DNA of 32,000 bases, from contig LT962688.1 in assembly GCA_900234795.1 (NCBI GenBank), positions 600,001 to 632,000 of the forward strand, written 5' to 3'. Every line of letters starts with the position of its first letter. Position 1 is the first letter of the stretch. The translations under genes and the position numbers were made by a program. Positions 16,890-23,768 of this stretch are shown one piece after another. Below the pieces are notes generated by a model. It did not search any database. It was not told the origin of the DNA and saw only the letters and a list, made by a program, of their open reading frames with translations. The DNA is from Methylorubrum extorquens (lineage in GTDB: Bacteria > Pseudomonadota > Alphaproteobacteria > Rhizobiales > Beijerinckiaceae).

Positions 16890-18092
16890 ATGACGATGCA
16901 GCCCACGACCCGGCCGGACGGTTACGTCGGCGATGCCGCCGACCTTTTGACCCGCGCGGCGGCCGCCGCCGCGATCGCCGCCACCCATGCGGACGCGGTG
17001 GACCGCGACGGGCGCTTCCCCGAGGAAGCCGTCGCCGCCTTCCGCTCGCAGCGCCTGCTCGGTGCGGCCGTGCCGATCGAACTCGGCGGGGAGGGCGCCT
17101 CGGTCCGGATGCTGGCCGAAATCTGCTACGTGCTGGGCCGCGCCTGCGCCTCCTCGGCGATGATCTTCGCCATGCACCAGACCAAGGTGGCCTGCCTGAT
17201 CCGGCATGGCCGCGGCGAGCCCTGGCAGGACGGCCTCTTGCGCCGCATCGCCGGCGAACAGCTCCTGATGGCGTCCTCGACGACCGAGGGCCAGGGCGGC
17301 GGCAATGTCCGCTCCTCCTCCGCGGCGATCGAGGCCGACGGCGATGCAGTCACCCTGGAGCGGGCCGCGACCGTAATTTCCTACGGCGCCCAGGCCGACG
17401 GCGTCGTCACCGTCGCCCGCCGCTCGGCCGAGGCCGGCCCCTCCGACCAAGTGCTCTGCGTCTTCCTGCGTGAGGACTACACCCTGGAGCGCCTGAGCGG
17501 CTGGGAAACGCTCGGCATGCGCGGCACCTGCAGCAGCGGCTTCCGACTCGTCGCCCGCGGCCGCCCCGAGCAGGTGCTCGCCGCCCGCTACAGCGACCTC
17601 CACAACCGGACCATGACGCCGGTCTCGCACATCCTCTGGTCGAGCGCCTGGACCGGCATCGCCGCCTCCGCCGTCGATCGCGCCCAGGCCTTCACCCGCA
17701 CGGCGATGCGCGGCGCGGGCGGCGTCGCCCCGCCCGGCGCGCTGCACTACGCGCGCGCCGTCTCCAGCCTGAAGCAGGCCCGCGCCCTCGTCACGCAGGC
17801 GCTCGACACCTTCGAGGGAGCCGAGGGCGACCCGGCGGCTTTGGCCGGCCTCGACGTGCAGACCGCGCTGACGATGCTGAAGGTCGAAGTCTCCGAACTC
17901 GCCGTCGCCACCGTGTCGAGCGCGCTGCGCGCCAATGGGCTCGCCGGCTACCGCCAGGACGGCGCGTTCAGCATCGGCCGGGCGCTGCGCGACATCCTCT
18001 CGGCACCGATCATGATCCACAACGACCGGATCCTGGCCAACCTCGCCACCGCGACGCTGATGTCGCCGGTCGCCGCCTCGCTCAGCGCCTGA
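16890..18092 (+). CDS. Acyl-CoA dehydrogenase-fold flavoenzyme lacking the MCAD-type catalytic Glu
   Basis: ATG 16890 is preceded by GGAG. The ~400-aa ACAD architecture includes ASSTTEGQGGGNVRSS, which is like the (S/T)E..GSD segment. The C-terminal RALRDILSAPIMIHNDRILANLA aligns to R-D-x(6)-I-Y-E-G-T, with E replaced by I/H. Confidence 0.75.
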   Translation: MTMQPTTRPDGYVGDAADLLTRAAAAAAIAATHADAVDRDGRFPEEAVAAFRSQRLLGAAVPIELGGEGASVRMLAEICYVLGRACASSAMIFAMHQTKVACLIRHGRGEPWQDGLLRRIAGEQLLMASSTTEGQGGGNVRSSSAAIEADGDAVTLERAATVISYGAQADGVVTVARRSAEAGPSDQVLCVFLREDYTLERLSGWETLGMRGTCSSGFRLVARGRPEQVLAARYSDLHNRTMTPVSHILWSSAWTGIAASAVDRAQAFTRTAMRGAGGVAPPGALHYARAVSSLKQARALVTQALDTFEGAEGDPAALAGLDVQTALTMLKVEVSELAVATVSSALRANGLAGYRQDGAFSIGRALRDILSAPIMIHNDRILANLATATLMSPVAASLSA

Positions 18093-18123
18093 AGGCGCTC
18101 GGCGACGTTCGTTCCTGCCTCGA

Positions 18124-18223
18124 ACGCCGGCGGTCGCCTCCGCGACCTTGGCTCTCGCTACGCTCGACGCCTCGGCTTGGCCGAGGCCCGCTCCGCGGGG
18201 CGCTCTTCGCGCCCGACAGGCGG
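18124..18223 (+). repeat. Intergenic structured repeat, copy B (inside the carrier-protein cassette)
   Basis: Same conserved flanks as 12258-12367. The central hairpin here is gcctcggc-ttg-gccgaggc (18169-18187), which differs in sequence from copy A but sits in the same position. Confidence 0.8.
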
Positions 18224-18265
18224 AGCACAGGCTCCACTGCCCCCTTTGCCGAAGGACTGCCCGCC

Positions 18266-19198
18266 ATGAACATGTCCGTGATGAACGCGCCGGCCTCGCC
18301 GACCGCGACCGACCCGCTCGACGCCCTGTTCGATGCGATGTTCAAGCCGATGAACGCGCAGGGCGTCTACGCCCGCACCGGCGCCTACGAGTCGGTGGTG
18401 GAGGCGCTGGCCGCCTTCATCTCGGCGCGGCGCGAGGCCGAGACGGAGGTGTTCCGCTTCCCGCCGGTGATGAGCCGGGCGCATCTGGAGCGGCACGGCT
18501 ACCTCAAGAGCTTCCCGAACCTCCTCGGCTGCGTCTCCTGCCTGGAAGGCACCGAGACGGAGATCCGCGCCTCGGCCGACAAGCATCTGGAGGGCGGCGA
18601 CTGGACCGCGGACCTCGAGACCGCCGACCTCGTGCTGACCCCGGCTGCCTGCTACCCGGTCTACCCGATCGCCGCCGCCCGCGGAGCGGTGCCGGCCACC
18701 GGCTACTGCTTCGATGTCGCCTGCGACTGCTTCCGCCGTGAGCCCTCGCGCCATCTCGACCGGCTGCAATCCTTCCGGATGCGCGAATACGTCCGCATCG
18801 GCACGCCGGAGCAGATCGTCGCCTTCCGCGAGAGCTGGATCGAGACCGCCACCGCGATGGCCGACGAACTCGGGCTGCCCTACACGGTCGAGACCGCGAG
18901 CGACCCGTTCTTCGGCCGGCTCGGCCAGATCATGGCCTTCAGCCAGCTCGAACAGGCCTTGAAGTTCGAGCTGCTGATCCCGCTCCGGGGGGCGGCCGCC
19001 GGCACCGCCTGCATGAGCTTCAACTATCACCGCGAGCATTTCGGCACGACCTGGGGCCTCAACCTGGAGGATGGCGAGCCCGCCCATACCGGTTGCGTCG
19101 CCTTCGGCATGGACCGCCTCGCGGTGGCCCTGTTCGCCACCCACGGCGAGCGCATCGACGCGTGGCCGGCCCCGGTCCGCGCGGCGCTGAAGCTCTGA
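18266..19198 (+). CDS. Amino acid--[acyl-carrier-protein] ligase. This is a truncated class-II, SerRS-like aaRS catalytic core without a tRNA-binding domain.
   Basis: 310 aa. Blocks FPPVMSRAHLERHGYLKSFPNLLGCV and TPAACYPVYP. Motif-2-like DCFRREPSRHLDRLQSFRMREY. ASDPFFGR and CMSFNYHREHFGTTWG. Motif-3-like HTGCVAFGMDRLAVALF. There is no N-terminal coiled-coil or anticodon domain. Confidence 0.85.
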   Translation: MNMSVMNAPASPTATDPLDALFDAMFKPMNAQGVYARTGAYESVVEALAAFISARREAETEVFRFPPVMSRAHLERHGYLKSFPNLLGCVSCLEGTETEIRASADKHLEGGDWTADLETADLVLTPAACYPVYPIAAARGAVPATGYCFDVACDCFRREPSRHLDRLQSFRMREYVRIGTPEQIVAFRESWIETATAMADELGLPYTVETASDPFFGRLGQIMAFSQLEQALKFELLIPLRGAAAGTACMSFNYHREHFGTTWGLNLEDGEPAHTGCVAFGMDRLAVALFATHGERIDAWPAPVRAALKL

Positions 19199-19215
19199 CG
19201 TCAAAGCGCCGTCAG

Positions 19216-20133
19216 ATGCCGCTCGATCCGCATGTCAGCCGCTTCCTCGACATGATGGCGCTCGGAAGCTCGGACGGCATCACCCTCGACGCCCGCCGGG
19301 AGGGGATGCGCGGGCTCGCGCGCCTCGCCGGGCTGACCGCCGAGGGCGTCGCGACCCGTGACCTCGTCCTGCCGGGCCCGGCCGGGCCGATTTCCGCGCG
19401 GCTCTACGCGCCCGAGGGCAGCGCGAGCGGCCCCGGCCTCGTCTACCTGCATGGCGGCGGCCTCGTGACCGGCGGCCTCGACACCCATGACGGACTCTGC
19501 CGGGTGCTGGCCGAGGCCGGCGCCCTGCGCATCGTCTCGGTCGATTACCGGCTCGCGCCCGAACACCCGTTCCCGGCCGCCCTCGACGACGCGCTGGCGG
19601 CGATGGACGGGGTCGCCGCGCAGGCGGACACGCTCGGGATCGATCCGGCCCGGCTCGGGATCGGCGGCGATTCCGCCGGGGCCGGGCTCGCGGCACGGGT
19701 CTGCCAGGAACGGCGCGGCGGCCCGATCCGGGCGCAGCTCCTGATCTGCCCCGTGCTCGACGTCCACGGCAGCTACCCCTCGCGCCGCGATTTCGCTCAA
19801 GGATACTTCCTCGACGAGGCGACGATCCGGCGCGACCTTGCGGCCTGCGGCCCCGAGGCCGCCGGCCCGTCGCCCCGTCTCTCGCCCCTGCGCGAGGCGG
19901 ATCTTACCGGCCTGCCCCCGGCCCGCATCCACACGGCGGAGTACGATCCCGTCCGCGACGAGGGGGCGGCCTATGCCGCGCGTCTGGAGCGGGCGGGCGT
20001 CGAGACCGCCCACACCGTTCACGCCGGCATGATCCACTTCTTCTACGGCCTCGGGCGGCTGGTGCCGCGCGGCCGGCCGATCCTGTCCGAGATCGCCCGC
20101 GACTTCGGCGCCTGCCTCCGCGGCGCCTCCTAA
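19216..20133 (+). CDS. Alpha/beta-hydrolase, hormone-sensitive-lipase family (family IV esterase)
   Basis: Oxyanion motif YLHGGGLVTGG, nucleophile elbow GGDSAGAGL, then DPVRDEG and HAGMIHFF for Asp/His. ATG 19216 lies 17 nt after the ligase stop. Confidence 0.8.
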   Translation: MPLDPHVSRFLDMMALGSSDGITLDARREGMRGLARLAGLTAEGVATRDLVLPGPAGPISARLYAPEGSASGPGLVYLHGGGLVTGGLDTHDGLCRVLAEAGALRIVSVDYRLAPEHPFPAALDDALAAMDGVAAQADTLGIDPARLGIGGDSAGAGLAARVCQERRGGPIRAQLLICPVLDVHGSYPSRRDFAQGYFLDEATIRRDLAACGPEAAGPSPRLSPLREADLTGLPPARIHTAEYDPVRDEGAAYAARLERAGVETAHTVHAGMIHFFYGLGRLVPRGRPILSEIARDFGACLRGAS

Positions 20134-20183
20134 CCCCACCCCTTGTCCACCCCTTGCCCAACCCAGCCTTGAGGAGAGCCACC

Positions 20184-20441
20184 ATGTCCCTGCGTGAGAC
20201 CGTCTTCGCCGAGATCGCCGCCATCGCCGCCGAGCAGGAAAAGGCGATGCCGCCGATCACCGACGACCTCGTGATGCTCGACACCGAGTTCGACTCGCTC
20301 TGCTTCGCGCTCCTCGTCGCGCGGATGGAGGATCTCACCGGCGCCGACCCGTTCGGCGAGATGGATGCCTCCGACCTGCCGGTGACGGTCGGCGACCTCG
20401 TCGCCCTCTACGACCGCGCCGCGGCCCGGCAGGCGGCCTGA
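20184..20441 (+). CDS. Carrier protein 2 (ACP/PCP-like)
   Basis: 85 aa from ATG 20184, with RBS GAGGAG upstream. LDTEFDSLCFALLVARME contains the DSL phosphopantetheine attachment motif. Confidence 0.8.
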   Translation: MSLRETVFAEIAAIAAEQEKAMPPITDDLVMLDTEFDSLCFALLVARMEDLTGADPFGEMDASDLPVTVGDLVALYDRAAARQAA

Positions 20442-20446
20442 CCCCG

Positions 20447-21808
20447 ATGATCCTGCGCGAGAGGCTTCTGGCGGCGGGCGGACTCGAGGGCCTGTTCCTG
20501 TCCGACCACCGCAGCAAACAAGATCTCGCCGGGATCGTCTCCGGCGAGCGCGACGCCGCCGCGACCGCGGCGCTCGCCGGCCGCCGGGTGCTGCTCGCGG
20601 TCGGCGGGCAGATGGCGGCGGCCCGCGCCATGATCGCGCTCGACGGCCTCGCGGCCCGGCTCGCCCTCGTCCCCCCGAAGCTCGCGCCGGAGCACATCGC
20701 CCGGATCGCATTGGATTCCGAGGCGGAGATCTGCGTCACCGATGCCGAGGGGCTGCCCCCCGACGCGCTGCCGGGCCTGCCCCGGATCGACGCGGCCGAC
20801 GCGTTCCGCGCGGGCTCCGAGACAGTGCGGGAGACGGAATGGGCACTGGCCACCTCCGGCACCACCGGCGCGCCGAAGCTCGTCGCCCACACCCTCGAAG
20901 GCCTCGCCGGCGGCATCAACACCGCCGCGGCGCCGGAGCCCGGCACGGTGTGGAGCACCTTCTACGACATCCGCCGCTACGGCGGGCTCCAAGTATTCCT
21001 GCGGGCGATGCTCGGGCCGTCCTCGCTCGTGCTCTCCGACGCGGGCGAGCCGGTGCGCGACTATCTCATCCGCGTCGGCGCGGCGGGCGTCACCCACATC
21101 CTCGGCACGCCCTCGCACTGGCGCCTCGCCCTGATGAGCGCGGCGCTCGACCGGCTGAGCCCCCGCTACGTGCGGCTCTCGGGCGAGATCGCCGACCAGA
21201 ACATCCTCGACGCCCTGCGCGACGCCTTCCCTGACGCGCGCATCGCCCACGCCTACGCCTCGACCGAGGGCGGGGTCGGCTTCACCGTCGAGGACGGGCA
21301 GGAGGGTTTCCCGGCCGCGCTGATCGGCACCCGCGCCGGGATCGAGATCACCGTGCGCGAGGACAGCCTGTTCGTGCGCTCCGGCCGCACCGGGCGTCGC
21401 TATCTCGGCGCGGCGCCCGAGGCGCTGATCGCCGCGGACGGCTTCATCGACACCGGCGACCTCGTGGAGCGACGGGGCGAGCGCTACCACTTCCTCGGCC
21501 GGCGCAGCGGCGTGATCAATGTCGGCGGCGCCAAGGTGCAGCCGGAGGAGGTCGAGACCGTCATCAACGTCTTCCCCGGCGTCTCGATGTCCCGCGTGCG
21601 CGCCCGGCCCAACCCGATCCTCGGCGCGGTGGTCGAGGCGGAGGTGGTGTTGCGCGCCGATGCGGGCACGGATCAGGCGGTGCTGAAGAAAGCGATCATC
21701 GCCCACTGCCGCCCGCGCCTGGCCGGACACAAGGTGCCGGCGAGCGTGAAATTCGTGGATGCGCTGCCGATCACGTCGGGCGGCAAGCTGGTGCGGAGGG
21801 GCGCGTGA
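20447..21808 (+). CDS. Adenylate-forming acyl/aryl ligase (ANL superfamily). Likely loads carrier protein 2.
   Basis: Motifs ATSGTTGAPKLVAHT, YASTEGG, GDLVERRGERYHFLGRRSGVINVGGAKV and PITSGGKLVRR. Starts 5 nt after the carrier protein 2 stop. Confidence 0.8.
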   Translation: MILRERLLAAGGLEGLFLSDHRSKQDLAGIVSGERDAAATAALAGRRVLLAVGGQMAAARAMIALDGLAARLALVPPKLAPEHIARIALDSEAEICVTDAEGLPPDALPGLPRIDAADAFRAGSETVRETEWALATSGTTGAPKLVAHTLEGLAGGINTAAAPEPGTVWSTFYDIRRYGGLQVFLRAMLGPSSLVLSDAGEPVRDYLIRVGAAGVTHILGTPSHWRLALMSAALDRLSPRYVRLSGEIADQNILDALRDAFPDARIAHAYASTEGGVGFTVEDGQEGFPAALIGTRAGIEITVREDSLFVRSGRTGRRYLGAAPEALIAADGFIDTGDLVERRGERYHFLGRRSGVINVGGAKVQPEEVETVINVFPGVSMSRVRARPNPILGAVVEAEVVLRADAGTDQAVLKKAIIAHCRPRLAGHKVPASVKFVDALPITSGGKLVRRGA

Positions 21809-22548
21809 GCGACGATCTCGAGACCGGACGCCTCGTCGTCGTCACGGGCGCGAGCCGCGGGCTCGGCCTCGCCATGGCCGAAACCCTTGCCGCCGACGGG
21901 TTTCGCGTGGTGGCGCTCGCCCGGCGACCGAGCGAGGCGCTGGAGGCGGCGCAAGTGGCTGCTCCCGGCCGGATCGCTTTCATGGCCGCGGATCTCGGCG
22001 AGATCGACGCGCTCCAGGCTCTCGCCCAGAGAATCCGGGCCGAGCACGGGCCGGTCTACGGCCTCGTCAACAACGCTGCGCTCGGCACGCCCGGCCTGCT
22101 CACGACGATGCCGGCAAGCAAGATCGCCGAACTCGTCCACCTCAACACCCTCGCGCCGATGGTGCTGACCAAGTATCTCGCCCGCGGGATGATGACGGCC
22201 GGCGCCGGCCGCATCGTCAATGTTAGCTCGATCATCGCCTTCACCGGCTACAACGCCCTGTCGGTCTACGCCGCGACCAAGGCCTCGATGATCGGCTTCA
22301 CCAAGTCGCTCGCCCGCGAGGTCGGGCGGCTGGGGGTAACGGTGAACGCGGTGGCGCCCGGCTTCATCGAGACGGCGATGACCGGCGAGATGGACGAGGC
22401 GGAGCGCGGGCGCGTGGCCAACCGCAGCGCCCTCAAGCGGCTGGCCGAGCCGCAGGACGTGGCCGACGCCGTCGCCTACCTGATGTCGGACCGCGCCCGT
22501 AACGTCACCGGCACCGTTCTGACCATCGACGCCGGCAGCACCGCCTGA
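21805..22548 (+). CDS. Short-chain dehydrogenase/reductase (FabG-like)
   Basis: Motifs VVVTGASRGLGLA, NNAA and YAATKAS. The GTG start overlaps the ligase stop as GTGA, and GGAGGGG lies upstream. Confidence 0.85.
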   Translation: MSDDLETGRLVVVTGASRGLGLAMAETLAADGFRVVALARRPSEALEAAQVAAPGRIAFMAADLGEIDALQALAQRIRAEHGPVYGLVNNAALGTPGLLTTMPASKIAELVHLNTLAPMVLTKYLARGMMTAGAGRIVNVSSIIAFTGYNALSVYAATKASMIGFTKSLAREVGRLGVTVNAVAPGFIETAMTGEMDEAERGRVANRSALKRLAEPQDVADAVAYLMSDRARNVTGTVLTIDAGSTA

Positions 22549-22569
22549 AGCCGGCCAGCAACCTTGAGC

Positions 22570-22720
22570 CATGACTTCACTCGATAGGAATGTGCGCGAG
22601 ATCAATAAATTTCGGTTGGTCTGGGCGAAAAATCAACGTCTATACTAATTCAACCAACAAGACCGGCAGTCCCGAAACGGCATCGGCCGGCTGGCATTGA
22701 TTTCGCTCTGTTTCGAGCGC
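22570..22720. promoter_or_regulatory. AT-rich island (about 40% G+C over 22581-22660 by hand count) separating the cassette from the GNAT/polysaccharide genes. Weak sigma70-like TTGGTC-N19-TATACT.
   Basis: The composition drop was read directly. TTGGTC is at 22616-22621 and TATACT at 22641-22646. The 19-nt spacer is long, so the promoter call is weak. Confidence 0.3.
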
Positions 22721-22823
22721 GTCTCCGAGCGGGACGAGAGCGCGCCTTGCTCACGGTTCGATCGCGCGGAGCCGTGGAACGAAATGGGTGCCGGACAGCG
22801 CGACGAGCCGGAGGGGGCCGCCG

Positions 22824-23768
22824 ATGATTGGGGTGAGCGAGACCGTGGAAGACGTCCCACCCGCGGGGGAGGGCGTCCGCAGCGCGCGGGTCAAGGTCCG
22901 CTGCCGCACCATCGAGGAGGATGACCTCGCCTCCGTGGTACGGCTGTTACAGGTCGGCTTCCCCGATCGCTCCGAACCCTATTGGCGGACCGGGCTCGAC
23001 CGGCACCGCACCCAGCCGCTGCCCGACGACGTGCCGCGCTACGGCTATGTGCTGGAACGGGACGGGGCCATTGTCGGCGTCCTGCTCGCACTCTACCGCA
23101 TGGTGACGGACGAGGCCGGCACGCATCTGCGCTGCAACCTTTCGAGCTGGTACGTTCTGCCGGAATTCCGCGCGCTGGGCACCCTGCTCGACGGCTTCGC
23201 CATGCGCGACCGGCGGGTGACCTACACCAACGTCTCGCCCGCTCCGCAGACGTGGCAGATTCATAAAGCGCGCGGCTTCAAGCCGGTCTGCTCGGGCCAG
23301 ATGCTCGTCATGCCGCTGCTCGCCGACCTCGGCCGGGGGCGCCGCGTCCGCGTGGCCACGCCGGAGACCCTACGCCTGCTGCCGGAGCCGGAGGCCCGGC
23401 TGGTGGCCGACCACCTCGCCTATGGCTGCATCGGCCTCGTCTGTTCGGATGGGGAGAAGGCGTGGGCCGTCCTGTTCCAGCGGCGCGCCATCAAGCTGCG
23501 GCCGGGGGAAACCCGGTGGCCGCGCCTGCCCTGCCTTCAGCTCGTCTACCGCTCGACCGCGCTCGACCTGTCCGCCTTCCTCGGCGCGATCGGCCGGCAT
23601 CTCATGCTGCACCACGCCATGCCGTGGTTCGTGCTCGATGCCGTGGGCAAGCTGCCGGGCTTTGCCGGACACTTCTTCGAGGGCCGCGCCCCGAAATACG
23701 CCCGCGGCCCGAACCCGCCGGCCACCGGAGACCTCACCTATACCGAGGTCGTCCTGTTCGGTGCCTAA
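22824..23768 (+). CDS. GNAT-fold acyltransferase-like protein with a C-terminal second lobe (314 aa)
   Basis: ATG 22824 is preceded by GGAGGGGG. The N-terminal lobe reads IEEDDLASVVRLLQVGF...YGYVLERDGAIVGVLLALY...SSWYVLPEFRALG, which looks like GNAT beta4-alpha3. The C-terminal ~150 aa has no motif I can name. Confidence 0.55.
   Translation: MIGVSETVEDVPPAGEGVRSARVKVRCRTIEEDDLASVVRLLQVGFPDRSEPYWRTGLDRHRTQPLPDDVPRYGYVLERDGAIVGVLLALYRMVTDEAGTHLRCNLSSWYVLPEFRALGTLLDGFAMRDRRVTYTNVSPAPQTWQIHKARGFKPVCSGQMLVMPLLADLGRGRRVRVATPETLRLLPEPEARLVADHLAYGCIGLVCSDGEKAWAVLFQRRAIKLRPGETRWPRLPCLQLVYRSTALDLSAFLGAIGRHLMLHHAMPWFVLDAVGKLPGFAGHFFEGRAPKYARGPNPPATGDLTYTEVVLFGA

Noticed and set aside
16869-18020. 383-aa minus-strand ORF antisense to the ACAD-fold gene
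   Set aside because: Low-complexity Gly/Ala/Arg translation. The sense frame has ACAD architecture and an RBS.
18158-19204. 348-aa minus-strand ORF antisense to the aa:CP ligase gene. Likewise 19201..20139 and 20408..21730 antisense to the hydrolase and ANL ligase genes.
   Set aside because: Same reasoning. The sense frames carry sharp family motifs, and the antisense translations are compositionally biased nonsense.
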